Assembly: GCF_036588685.1 (NCBI RefSeq)
Contig: NC_086383.1
Location: forward strand, 17,794,001-17,858,000
Direction: 5' to 3'
Origin: Mytilus trossulus
Lineage: Eukaryota
DNA: 64,000 nt
The position numbers and the translations under genes were made by a program. A model generated the notes under the pieces. It ran no database searches. It was not told where the DNA came from and was given only the letters and a program-made list of their open reading frames with translations. The first letter of the stretch is position 1; each line of letters opens with the position of its first letter. Below, piece after piece: positions 24,173-37,113 of this stretch.

Positions 24173-25847
24173 TAAAATTAAGAATGAAAACAAAACAGGG
24201 AATGTATCAAAGCGACAACAACCCAACCATAGAGCAGACACAAGCAGAAGGACACTAGTGGGTCGTCAATGTAGCGAGAAACTCACTCATCTTGAGGCGT
24301 CATGCAGATGGCCCCTTAACAAATATGTATACTAGTTCAGTAATAATGGACGTTATACTAAACTCCGAATTATACACAGGAAACTAAAATTAAAAGCATG
24401 CAAGACTAATGAAGGTTAAAGGCTCCTGAATTGGAGCAGTCGCAAAATTGCGGCGGGGTTAAACATTATTTTGAGATTTCAACCCTCCACCTTTAACTCT
24501 AGCCAATGTAGAAAAAAAAAGCACAACAATACGCACAGTACAAATCAGTTTAAGAGATGTCCGAGTCCGATGTCAGAATATGAAACAAAGAAATATAAAC
24601 AAAACGACAATATTACATAAATTACAACAGACTACTAGCAGTTACTGACATGCCAGCTCCAGACCTCAATTAAACTGATTGAAGATTATGTCTTCATTAC
24701 ATGTATATGCACATCAGACACAATTCCTCCTGTTAAGTGTTTACTAGTATACCATCATGAAATTTATGGGAAGAACATAACCCGTGCCAACAACTGGTTT
24801 TAGAATAAATGTGATTAATGTTGATGCAAAGATCCTATAAGTGAATCAATATTCAAGCCAATTTGAAAATACGCAATCTTTAATGACCTGACAACAGTAT
24901 CATAAATGTATCCCTTCTTAATAAGTCTGTTTTAATGTTGTCTTTGGTTTTGCGGTGAATACTGACATTATTGTGATTTGTAAAGATAAATACCATAAAA
25001 GATTAGAAGTGAAATACATAAACGTAAAAGTCGTCAACATGTTGAGTTTAATTTACGAGGATCATTTCCTTATACTGATAATAACATTTTGTAAATGTTT
25101 TGACTATCGTAATCCTGGTGTAATAATTTTCCAGTAATAAATCAATTTAACTCGCTGAAATTTAATACGTTGTTACATACACGACCGAATCGTACAAGAT
25201 GAGATATATAAACACCGTAAGATGATGACAAGGGAACGTCACCATCTAAAAATGGATAATTAACGATAGGAAATAAAAAAAAACAACATCTCTTTTATCA
25301 TAAATTGTTGTATTGGGCTCCCCGTTAATGTTACAGATATCGCGATGGAGGAAAGAGCAGTGGTCATTGTTAGTATTAGTTTTATTTAAAGTAAGTTCAA
25401 CAGGATACATTTGTTTAGTATGCATACTGAAGTCATCATTATTGAGAGCCAATATATCATGCAAATATCTAAAAGTTTTGTTAACTTTTTGTCTTTGCTG
25501 ATTTTAGTCATAACAATACAAAAACAGGTTCGGAATAAGTTGTGCACAGTTCCTTCCATTTGAATTTCGATAACTTGACGATATACGGAATCTCAAATGG
25601 AACAAACATATTATCAAGTAAAAAAATCAAACGCAGTTATAGTATCAAACCATGTCCAGTTGACATAGTTCTTTGTTTGTTACTTCTTAAAAATGACCTA
25701 AATGAGTTTGGACATATGTATTCACATTCTGACTTTTTAAATGCTTTATTAATTAGGAATGTGATTTTTCTTTCATAAGAAAATGAGGCAAAGTGGTATG
25801 AAGGGTAGAAAAATCAGAACTTTGAACAGATTTAAACTCACCAATAT
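24173..25847 (-). mobile_element. 5'-truncated, decayed copy of the same Naiad-type family (3' UTR plus RT C-terminal half)
   Basis: Colinear with 13602-15312, with many indels. Peptide DILALNNDDFSMHTKQMYPVELTLNK matches the intact RT. Confidence 0.9.
24705..24768 (-). ncRNA. Degenerate SECIS in the second Naiad copy
   Basis: Sense AUGAU GGUAUACUAGU AAA ... AGGAAUUGUGUC UGAU. Core and AAA retained, helix partly eroded. Confidence 0.55.
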
Positions 25848-26407
25848 GATTAAGGAAATGTGTATAGTGTTAAAGAAAATAAGGCTTTTATAGTCGGAAA
25901 GTATTTTTTTGTGTTTCTTGACCTAGATTACTGTTATACAGAACACATTTGGTGTGTATCAGAGAAACAACGGTTTTGCTTTATATACTAACTTGAGTAT
26001 AAATTAAGATAATTAGCCGTCAATGACTTCTGCCTCTGGTTTTATATTCAAATGTTCATGAAAAAAGGTGCATCAGAATAAGACCGGATACTATATAATG
26101 CACGATTTTGAAAAATAAAAAAACAAAGCTATTGTCACAAGTAAATAGTACTGGCTAAATTCTATTTTAATATTCCTTATTATGGATAGAAAAATCATTA
26201 AATAACACCATAACAGACTATATCCCAATTTCGTATTGTATTTTTAGAAATTTGCCTTTGACGTCCCTATTTTGTATGTATATGAAATTAGCAGTTAATT
26301 GATATTCGATATTCGAAATTTTGACTAATAAGATGCGTATGAAATCTTTTAATGATCTCTTCAAACTTTCGAAAATTCTCGTTGTCCTCCAATGTAAACC
26401 CTTACCC

Positions 26408-28224
26408 TTTTTAGCTCACCGGGCCCGAAGGGCCAAGTGAGCTTTTCCCATCCCTTTGCGTCCGGCGTCCGGCGTCCGTCGTCGTCCTGCGTCCGTCGTC
26501 GTTAACTTTTACAAAAATCTTCTCCTCTGAAACTACTGAACCAATTCAAACCAAACTTCATCTGATTGATTCCTAGGGTATCTAGAATAAAGTTTGTGTT
26601 TTAATTCCCATTTCATCAAAAGACATGGCCGCGATGGCTAAAAATAGAACATAGGGGTAAAATGCAGTTTTTAGCTTATAACTCAAAAACCAAAGCATTT
26701 AGAGCAAATCTGAAATGGAGTAAAATTGTTTATCAGGTCAAGATCTATCCGCTCTGAAATTTGCAGTTGAATCAGACAACCCATTGTTGGGTTGCTGCCC
26801 CGAAATTTGTAATTTTAAGGAAATTTTGCTGTTTTTGGTTTTTATCTTGAATATTATTATAGATAGAGATAAACTGTTAACAGCAATAATGTTCAACAAA
26901 GTAAGATTTACAAATAAGTCAACATGACCAAAATGGTCAGTTGACCCCTTTATCAGTTATTGCCCTTTATAGTAAATTTTTAACCATTTTTCGTAAATCT
27001 TAGTTTTAACTTTTACAAAAATCTTCTCCTCTGAAACTAATGGGCCAAATTTTACCAAACATAGCCAGAATCATTATTAGGCTATCTAGTTTAAAAATTG
27101 TGTTTTGTGACCGGGCAAACCAACCAAGATGGCCGCTACGACTAAAAATAGAACATAGGGTTAAAATGCAGCTTTTGGCTTATAACTCAAAAACCAAAGC
27201 ATTTAGAGCAAATCTGACATGGGGTAAAATTGTTTATCAGGTGAAGATTTATCTGCCCTTAAATTTGCAGATGAATCAGACAACCCATTGTTGGGTTGCT
27301 GCTCCTAAATTGGTAATTTTAAGGAATTTTTACTGTTTTTGGTTGTTATCTTGAATATTATTATAGATGGAGATAAACTTTTAACAGCAATAATGTTCAG
27401 CAAAGTAAGATTTACAAATTAGTCAACATGACTAAAATGGTCAGTTGATCCCTTTAGGAGTTATTGCCCTTTATAGTCAATTTTTAATAATTTTTTCGTA
27501 AATCTTATTTATCATTTACAAAAATCTTCTTCTTTGAAACTACTGGACCAAATTTTACCAAACATAGCCAGAATCATTATTAGGCTATCAAGTTTAAAAA
27601 TTGTGTTTGTGACCGGGCAAACCAACCAAGATGGCCGCAACGGCTAAAAATAGAACATAGGGGTAAAATGCAGTTTGTGTCTTATAACTCAAAACCCAAA
27701 GCATTTAGAGCAAATCTGACATGGGGTAAGAATGTTTATCAGGTCAAGATCTATCTGCCCTGAAATTTTCAGATGAATCAGACAACCAGTTGTTAGGTTA
27801 ACGTTGCTGCCCCTGAATTGGTAATTTTAAGGAAACTTTGCTCTGTTTGGTTATTATCTTGAATATTACTATAGATAAAGATAAACTGTAAACAGCAATA
27901 ATGTCCAGCAAAGTAAGACGTAAAAAAGTCACAATGACCAAAATGGTCAATTGACCCCCTAAGGAGTTATTGCCTTTTTTTAGTCAATTTTTAACAATTT
28001 TCGTAACATTTGTAAATTTTAACTAATATTTTCCACTGAAGCTATTGGGCCAAGTTCATTATAGATGGATATAATTGTAAGCAGCAAGAATGTTAAGAAA
28101 AATAAGACCTACAAACACATCCCAATCACCAAAACACAATTTTGTCATAATTCCATTTGTGTCCTTTGTTTAATATTCACATAGACCAAGGTGAGCGACA
28201 CAGGCTCTTTGGAGCCTCTAGTTT
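26408..28224 (+). mobile_element. Helentron-associated (HINE-like) element with about 505-bp internal tandem repeats
   Basis: 5' TTAGCTCACC..GTGAGC and (cgtc)n microsatellite; 3' GGTGAGCGA and hairpin aggctc-tttg-gagcct followed by a T-run. Internal unit starts recur near 26506, 27010 and 27516. Confidence 0.8.
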
Positions 28225-28829
28225 AAGTTGCATATTTATCTTTATGTAATCTAGACTTTTATCAATAAAACGACTTCAAAGATCTACTTTTACATATGAG
28301 TTTTCTTTTAAACTTTACACTACAAACATTTAGAAATAAAAATCGGAAATACTTTTTGAAGTCCAAAAATGAATTACATAATGATTTCCTACCTGAGACC
28401 GCTTAACTGATGGTGAGACCCCTGGGATTTTAATATCGTTCAACTACATCAAAGACTCCATAGATATAAAGGTTGTATCCGAAGGATTTCCATTTCTAGG
28501 GAGGGCTTAGAATGTTACTCTTCAGCTAAAAAGTGTAAAACATTCAGAACAAGCGACACAGGGCAATGGTGAGAACCCAATGATATCTCAACATTTCTTA
28601 TAATATGTTGATACTTAGTTAATAGACAGTTATAACCGTTCCATGTTTACAGGGCGTCCTTAAGGGACGGTTAGATTCAGGGAGTTACATTTATCGGATA
28701 AAAACATAAACAGAGAAGCGAACATCATAAATGTGAGATAATTGTGGTCTCTTTCCAACACGATAACGGATGATTGCATTTCTAGAATATTAATATCAAA
28801 CTAGGTATATCAAACCTTTTTCCATTGCT

Positions 28830-29190
28830 TTTTATTGTACGTTCTTATGTTGTACTGTTATAACACTGTCCCAGATTAGGGGGAGGGTTGGGATCCCGCT
28901 AACATGTTTAACCCCGCCACATTATTTATGTGTGTGCCTGTCCTTAGTCAGGAGGCTTTAAATTCAGTGATTGTCGTTTGTTTATGTGTTACATATTTCT
29001 TTTTATTTCATTTTCGTTACATACATAAGGCCGTTAGTTTTTATCGGGGTCTGTTATAGCTGACTATGCGGTATGTGCTTGGCTCATTCCTGAAGGCCGT
29101 ATGGTGATATATAGTTGTTACTGTTTGTGTCATTTTGGTCTGTTGCTGATAGTTGTCTCATTGGAAATCATACCATATCGTCTTTTTATA
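28830..29190 (+). repeat. Dispersed repeat (PLE 3'-end-like family); other copies at 1-200, 45325-45631, 48775-49048, 63280-63470
   Basis: Shared tagttgtctcattgg(c/a)aatcatacca end and tttaaccccgccac / gcctgtcc..agtcagga module. Confidence 0.8.
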
Positions 29191-30397
29191 AGTGTATGTT
29201 CAATTGATTTATTTACAGTCATTGTACACAGAGGGCACATAGGCTAGACCAAGATATTCTAGCCGCTGTCGCATCTTTTTTGGGTGTATTACAAAAACAT
29301 CAACCGTGAACTTAAACTATTTAAACAAACATCTATTTTGAGACGCTACCGCCTTGATAAAAAGTATACAAATATACATGTTCATGAACATTAATAATCA
29401 GAATTTAGTTTGCTGAATCTATTCAACTATATAATCAAGAAATCTGAACGCATATGAAAGAAGTGGCACTGCGTCCATCTGTTTTCTTTTGAAGAAAAAT
29501 AGTTCTGCATCTACGTGTAGAATATATGTATCCGATATAATTCAATTATTGTCTGGTATATAGTTGCCTATAATTGCTAAAATCCATTTCATTTCAACTT
29601 TGATAGATATTTGTCTTGTTGACATTCATACTTCATCTCTTAATTGTCTATCTGTATTTCAGTATTCTTGTTACAAGAAAGATAACACCAATATTTGGTT
29701 ATTGCCATCAACTAGAAATCATAATATCCGTATTTTGATAGAAAGGCGGTTAACAAAATGTACCGACTCAATGTTTTATCTACCATTTACTATAAGAAAA
29801 TGTCTGTACCAATTTGGGAAAAACGACATTCGTTCAATGTGTTAGAGCTTTTGAATTTGCCATTTGCCAAGGGAAATTCCGTTTTGAAATTTCTTCTGAG
29901 TTCTGTTTTCCCCCTCTAGACATGAAAATACCTAGCATCAAATTGTTTTAACTGCGATGAAATCAGTCATTTGTATGACCCTTATCATAGTACATCATTC
30001 ACCAAGCAGCGCAGAACATACTAGTGTTTATCATTATCACTTCAATGGTGATTACATGATGTGACTCGTCACTTAGCCAGGGGACAGTACTTGGCTGGTT
30101 TTCAAAAAATGCCGTAGCTTCGGATTAAAAATGTGACACCCCAATCTTCTGACAATAATTCTTCCAATAAGACATGTGAACAGTGGGATCAGCGTCAGTA
30201 ATACGATATTTATTGAAACACAAAATACATTTATCATTATCACTTAACTTGGGATTAAACAATGCGACTCACGACTAAGCTAGGAATAAAAAAATGCGAC
30301 TCATTACTTAGCTGGGGAAGAAAAAAGGGATCCATCACGTAGATTGGGATCTCAATTGTGATACCCAAAACTATCGACACTTATACTTGCAAATAGA

Positions 30398-30853
30398 CAT
30401 GTGGTCCGAGACCACAATTGTCATCCCTTAATTTTCGTTGTTTTTTCGTTGAATATAGTCCCTAGTGTCAACAGTGGGTTACTTGCCATTCATTTTTATA
30501 CCCCTTCCAAATTTATTTCTCCATGTTTATTGCCTCAAATTGCAAGAATAGGGGGTGAAATTCTACTGTAAAAAAATTAAATTTAAAGGAAAGTAGTGGT
30601 TTGGTCCAGCTGACAAAGGTTAAAAATTAGAACTTCGGAAGCTGTCAAAAGGTTACAAGACGCCCTAAACATGATTGTCCATATTTTGAGTTATAGCCGA
30701 TGAAGATTTTTATAATTTTGATATAATTTGTCATAAAAGTAGTACATCACACTAAACACATTTAATAGTGAAAGCGCAGGTGGGATTTTTTAAATTTTCA
30801 TTTGTTTTTAAAAAAAAATGTACTACGAAATAATTGTGATCTCGGACCATGTA
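30398..30853. mobile_element. About 455-bp MITE
   Basis: TIRs tggtccgagaccacaatt and aattgtgatctcggacca. Confidence 0.7.
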
Positions 30854-31098
30854 AACAGCAGAATTGTCAGTAACACCATACTCCGTTGAAACAAACAATA
30901 CAATAATAACTAGTGTTGATACAATACGAATAAAGGATACAGACACTGTTTACATGACATTTATCCATGACAAGTACAGGGGAAAAGACATGAGGATTTT
31001 TGGCAAACAGTGACTGATGATAACATCTAGTTCAACAGTCAGGAAAAAACAGGTCATTTGACAAGGCAATCCGTACTTGTCTTGTCAATGTTTTAAAG

Positions 31099-31118
31099 AT
31101 GGACTTACTTTCTAAAAG
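31099..31118 (+). CDS. PLA2 paralog C, coding exon 1 (MDLLSK-R)
   Basis: ATG GAC TTA CTT TCT AAA AG|gttaga. 20 nt, phase 2. Leader caatgttttaaagATG resembles paralog B caatattttgaagATG. Confidence 0.7.
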
Positions 31119-31427
31119 GTTAGAAGACGTTATTTTTAAAATGAAATGATTTAACCTCGAATTGATTATAATCACTAACAATTTTACAGTAGGAAAACAA
31201 ATATAATCATTGAGAATTTGAAACCTTTCTCAATTCGTGTTGTTTCACCTAAGATTTAAATCTGCCACACAGATAATAATTGTTAGTTTGATGTTTGTTG
31301 GTTTTGTGAAAATCTTTTTTTATTCACATTTTTTTTATATTGCTAAATAGCTTCTTTGTGGAATAAACACGCCAACATACATATCAGCCATTTTTTCAAT
31401 GACTATTGAAATTGAGAATGGAAATAT

Positions 31428-31570
31428 GGAATATGTCAAGGAGATAAAAATTCGGCCGAGAGCAAAACAGACCAGAATGTCACAAATAGGTCTTCAACAT
31501 AGCGGGATATTCTGCACCCAAAATCGTGCTTCAGATGGCCCCTTAATACAATTGCGTACTAGTTCAGTGA
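31428..31570 (-). repeat. Short 3'-end fragment of the Naiad family; other fragments at 38553-38752, 46800-46878, 51038-51317
   Basis: Matches 13603-13770 (aaattgagaatggaaat...actagttcagtgataa). Confidence 0.8.
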
Positions 31571-31686
31571 TAAGTTTTTGTTTGTGTTTGTATTTTTTGT
31601 TTTTTTAGTTATGTATTTGTATTACTCAATGTCAACTCTGTACTATTAACTATTATTATTTTGTTTATTGTTAAGTACATACATTA

Positions 31687-34600
31687 TAGTCCAGTCGATT
31701 TGTGCAGATTTTTGACAAAATTGCTCAGATTGTGGTAAAAGCATGAAATTTGGCATAGAAGAAGTATATGTCATGGACAACATTTTAAGCTATGGACCCA
31801 CTCTGAAAGTCAAAATTTGAGGACGAGGCGGACATTTTAAAATGGCGGCCGTTTGATCTCTGTAGATTAATAAAAAAAGAAATCATGAAAATGATATTAG
31901 AGAAGTAATTGAAATGAAACCGGGTTAATAGAACAACAGTGCTGAATTCAATACACCTTATCGTTATTTAGTCCATTCCTGAAAAAAACAGTCATTTATA
32001 CAACTTCCTGTTTAGGTCACGCGGGCCCAAAATGGAGGTCATCAGGAGTGAGCTGAGGGAGGAAAAACTTTTGAAAGTGATCATCAAGAAACTTTGATAT
32101 AGCAGGATCCACTTTTTTCGAAGTTAAAATTGAAGTAAAAAAATATTCTGTTTGAAGTATTTACGGTAGTTTAAACAGGTCTCATTAAAAAGTATCATGC
32201 ATGGTGAATTGTTTAAACAGGGTCCCAGATAGCTTCGACTGGATAAAAAAGTTGTGTAATTTTAGAATTTATCCGGAATGGAATAAATAGCGATTAGGTG
32301 TATTGTCTTGTTGAACAAATGTTTTGGAAATATTACCCATAATGAATGGCGGCCATCTTGAAAAATCTTGATTTTTTTTTTAAGCCAAAATATGAAGTCA
32401 TGTTTCGATAAAGGAAAAAAAAAATGCATTGTCGAAGATATACAAATGTATTTGTTTGAGCTATATAAACAGGAAAAAAAGTGAGCATACCCCCTCCCCG
32501 AGTAATTCTCCTGTTTCGTATCGGGTATAACAGCATTAAAACGCGAACCACGAAGAGGATCATAAAATGAACTAATACTCTAAAAGCAATACTCGTTCCA
32601 CCGCTTGTTCAACATAGAATAACAGGAGAATTTTATTTTACAAGTACAAATAAAGCAAGAAAATATGTGTATATAGTTATCAAAAGTACCAGGATTATAA
32701 TTTTATACGCCAGACATACCTGTCGTTTATAATAAGTGTCTGATTACAGGATAATTCGTTTTGTTGATATTGTCCTTTTGAAACAACTTTCAAAAACCTT
32801 GATTGCAGACATAATGAATTTCTTATCATGCAAGTAATGTTAAAAGAACATCAATTACCTAAATGTTTTCAATTGACGTTTAAAATATCTAACAATAAAT
32901 GAAATGTACATGTTTTGCCAAACAACACTCTATCTCTCAAATTCGATCACATTGTCATCCACATTTACATATCGTAGTACTACTTAATACTGCCTTTTCA
33001 CATTTGCATTTCCTTAGTAACCATGTTCACATTGACTTAAAACATGTATAAGTTGAGCGCTTACTGCAGGAAGTCATTATATAGTCATATGGTATATTCA
33101 TCGCAGATGACAAGGCCTGTCATCTGAGAATTTCATAAATATTGATTTTTTTGGAGTAGCCATCTTGAATGATGACCATTTTGAAAACATTATTTTCCAA
33201 TATATCATTATTTGCTAATCTTTTTAATTCACTGTTTGCATTCATACATTTTTTACTAATCTATATTTGATATTCACAAAGATGTCAGATAAGGCATGCA
33301 CATGTTTACAAAATAAATATCAGTATCATAATTTTTGTTACTTACATGTTTGCCAAAGTAACTTTTTAAAACAGAAATAACGTATATATGATATAATTTA
33401 TGACCGAAAGTTTGTGTTGGAAAAGATCAAAATTGTAGATTTCGAAAACCCTGGGGCTAGATATCTGAAGAACATTTTGGGCGATTAGACTGAAAGGAAT
33501 GTGTGAAACGGCAAGAGAGGACATGTGAAGGTGTGCAATGTCAAGCAGGTACAAAGGGAACAGACATAGACATTTGAGCTTGCAGTCACTCTTTTGATGC
33601 AAGCATAAGAAGATGTTAGGTTTTGAAATGCTTTTCCTTTCGCTCAATTCGAAACAGTTAAATGAGGGCTATGGAACTGAAGAACAATCTAGAATCACAA
33701 GGCATAATGGCACAATTAAATCATGTCAAACAAATGTTTAGAGTACAAGACACACAAAGAATTCGAAAGCCAGGAATCTTTTATCCTTGGAGCTGTGCTT
33801 TCCAAAATAATAAAACAAATTGATGGCACACGGTCTAGAAGAGGTATTGTACAAATATTCAAGCTTGCAGATCACGCTAAATTGTACAGTTAACGCCTGG
33901 AACAACTTGGAGTTATCATGGAAGGAATAACTGATACAACGCTGTTAACAAAATTGGAATGTAGCTGCCATAGCAAGCATGCAAGCAAGATAAATAAGTT
34001 CTCTTGATTTTCAACAAAGGTATTCGTGACGCTCTGAAACAGACCTCATAATAAAAGCGTAATAATAAAGGCATCACCATAGCCATAGCAGGCAAAATAT
34101 ATATGTTTGATACTAAAAATAGCTTTACAGGGACACTCAGTAAACGCTGTTGACATTAATCAGTTCAACAGACATAAGTTTCCTCAGTAAGACTGATTCA
34201 TGATGGCTAAACATCGCGACACAGTCCAGTTATATCGTTGAGTGGCAGACAAACATACAATTTCTCAGCTATAATAGTTCAATTGTGCAACTCGTAGTCG
34301 AAAGGATACAACTGCAACTTATCAGTCCTCAGATAGAGAGTAAGATGTCTCAAAGATTGTGGAACTGATTAATTTTGAAAGCCTACATTGAATGTCCCTG
34401 TAAACCTTTTTATAGTAGCAAGCCCAACTCTTCAAACTATTCTAGTTACTTTGACTATGAAGAGGCCTTCACCATCACGACTAAAAGTCATGGCCTGTTT
34501 CAGAACTTCCCCAACATATTCGTTTAGAATCCGGAGAAAGACGCAACTATTCATGTGTGCTTGCATCATCTATGGCAGCTAGTTTTCAATTTTTAGGAGT

Positions 34601-35926
34601 GTTGTATTAATCATTCCTTCCATGACAACTCATATTTACTAAGAACATTTATTGTACAATTTACAGATATCATCAATTTCAAATATTAAAACAATTCCAG
34701 ACTGTGAGCCGTCACTGTTTTCTATCATTTTTGCGAGGTCCATTCCATGGATAACAGATTCTTGATTTCTTTGTGTGTCTCGAATTCTGTCTAATTGTCT
34801 TGTCGTGCAGTTTTAACAAACATTTACCATGTTATCTGCCCCTGAAATATTATTGAAATACTATTGTCGATCATAATTGTCGATGCTCCCTGATGAATGA
34901 TATCATATACCTCATAAAAAAAAGAAAGAAAAACAAAACACCCTGTAGTCATTGTTCTTGTTGATTCATCACAACTGTGGCTGGTTATTTTACTGTTTTT
35001 TTTCAATCCATGACTCATCTTAGACTTTTTTCTTTTTTCCTGACAAAATATATTTTGATCTTAAGATTTGCCTTGAAAGGATTAGTACCTTTTGCATTGT
35101 GATTCTCTCATTACATGACCTTCATCAACTTGGAACAGTTGTATGCTTACAACAAATGACTGATTACCAGCTCAAATGGCTAGGTCTGCTCTTTTTATTT
35201 TTGCCTGGCATTGTAAATCCTCACGTGTCCTCTCTTCGCGTTACGGAATTCTTTCCAGTGTATTTTTTTATTGTTAATTTCATCTCCAGTGATTTTCATA
35301 GCTACGCAGTTTTCCTTTTCAACATACGGTGGTCATAACTCATATTGTATATACACATTTTTTGGTGGTAAAAAAGTAGCTAAGCCCTTTATGCTTAACT
35401 GCAATTAAAAGAATTTACGTATTTCTTTACATACATTTATTTGTTAACCATGTTTACATACGCATGGCTTATTTGAGCACTTGGTGAATATATCCTATAT
35501 TAAAAGTCATAAATAAATTATTAGCAAAACTAGTTGTAAATGCAAATAAAACTTAGTATTACATGTATCAATTAAAAAAACAATTTAGGATAGCGAATAA
35601 TGATGTATTGGAAATTTACGTTTCCAAAATGGCCACCATTCAAGATGGCCACTAAATACTTCAATAGTCCTCAGTTGATATTCTTTGTCATAAGAAATAC
35701 GAAAGTTTATCAAAATTGGTAAAGAAATATATTTTTCATATTTTTTTCTAATTATTTTTATTATTTTTTTGGACATGATTTCAAAATGGTCGCCCAGAGC
35801 CGCCATTTTGATTTTCTGAAATTGGGTCCATAGCTAAAAATGTAAGTTATGACCTCAACTAACACTCTGCAAAGTGTGTTGCTTTTACCACAAGCTGAGC
35901 AATTGTTTCACAATTCGACTGGACTA
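31687..35926 (-). mobile_element. Academ-like DNA transposon (4.2 kb) with decayed transposase, in intron 1 of PLA2 C
   Basis: TIRs TAGTCCAGTCGA..ttgtg / cacaa..TCGACTGGACTA with long imperfect arms and a 3-bp TSD TTA on both sides. Degenerate minus-strand coding remnants such as GR*HGKCLLKL. Confidence 0.8.
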
Positions 35927-36111
35927 TTATGACGTTACTGTTTTCAATTACATTATATAGCATTTGTCAATTTGGGACTTTGACTGTTTTGAATTTAGAA
36001 ACTTGATGATTAGAGCTACGTTCATGCAGTTGTCATATAGTTTACATAATTTATCCAATGTTATCATTTAACACAACTAACTAATCTGATACAGGATATA
36101 TTACATTCCAG

Positions 36112-36295
36112 AGTAAGTGTTGTAACAATCGTTTTCATTTGCTGTTTGTGGCCAATCATAGCAGGAGTGAGCTACCGCTGTTTCAAGTCTGACCAAGGAT
36201 TAACCAATGGATGTAGTATTCCATTATTTAAAAAGTTTCCGTTTAAAAAGAATTTCACACCAGCCTGTCAGCATCATGATATCTGCTACAACTGT
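36112..36295 (+). CDS. Secreted conodipine-like phospholipase A2, paralog C, exon 2
   Basis: cattccag| ... |gtacgt, 184 nt. Reads VSVVTIVFICCLWPIIAGVSYRCFKSDQGLTNGCSIPLFKKFPFKKNFTPACQHHDICYNC. Confidence 0.9.
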
Positions 36296-36722
36296 GTACG
36301 TTATCCGAGCGTTTCGTATTTCAATTAAATTACTCGATTTATCACGTTTATGATATTATGACATAGCAAACACTGTGAACTCGTCCTGTACAATAGGAAC
36401 GATTCGATTTATCACCAATATAATGTATTGTCGAAATGTGCATCTGGTACAGGAAAATTAGTACCGTTAATGTTATTACTATAGCGGTATGTTTGTATTC
36501 TACCTTTCTAACGAAATGTTTCTATTTAACAGCACCAATATATATAACCGGAAAATTGTGATTTTTCTTAACGAGCATCAAAACTTGCTAATCTGTAAAT
36601 AATCAATAACAATATAAAGATATAATGCAAACAATATGTAAAGTTTCTCAATGACAAATTATAGGTTGGAACAAAATATGTAAAGTTGAAAGAGTGTTGA
36701 TCTGTTTTAAATTCTTTTTTAG

Positions 36723-36927
36723 GGCTCGGAATTAAACAAAAGCAGAAAATACTGCGACGATCTTTTATATGAGGAACATTTGTAAAAAAATGAAATGGTA
36801 TCAGAGAGGAACATGTAGATACTTCACACTTATTTATTACAGGGCTGTGCGCATTGGTGGTTTTTATAGTTACGAGATTTCCCCCTTAACCATAGTGAAT
36901 GTAGCAACAAAGATTAGAAGTATATAA
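36723..36927 (+). pseudogene. PLA2 paralog C exon 3, frameshifted
   Basis: tttttttag|GSELNKSRKYCDDL, then a frame break near 36765-36768, then MRNICKKMKWYQRGTCRYFTLIYYRAVRIGGFYSY...*. CD..M...C and YY.AV..GG motifs are typical of this PLA2 family. Confidence 0.8.
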
Positions 36928-37113
36928 CAATAACAGCATCCCACGAAAATTGTGTATGTTATAAATGAATAGTATTTAATGGGTTTCTTATATGTTCTGT
37001 GCATTTTCTTTTGTATGTCATGATCTTGAAAGATGACCACCAAATTTAACAAATGCATTATAATTATGACATAAAAAATTATAAAAAGAAATCCATCGGA
37101 AGTATACATATAA

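Noticed and set aside
24705-24768. SECIS donated to PLA2 paralog B
   Set aside because: It is antisense to the gene, and the identified PLA2 B exons contain no in-frame UGA.
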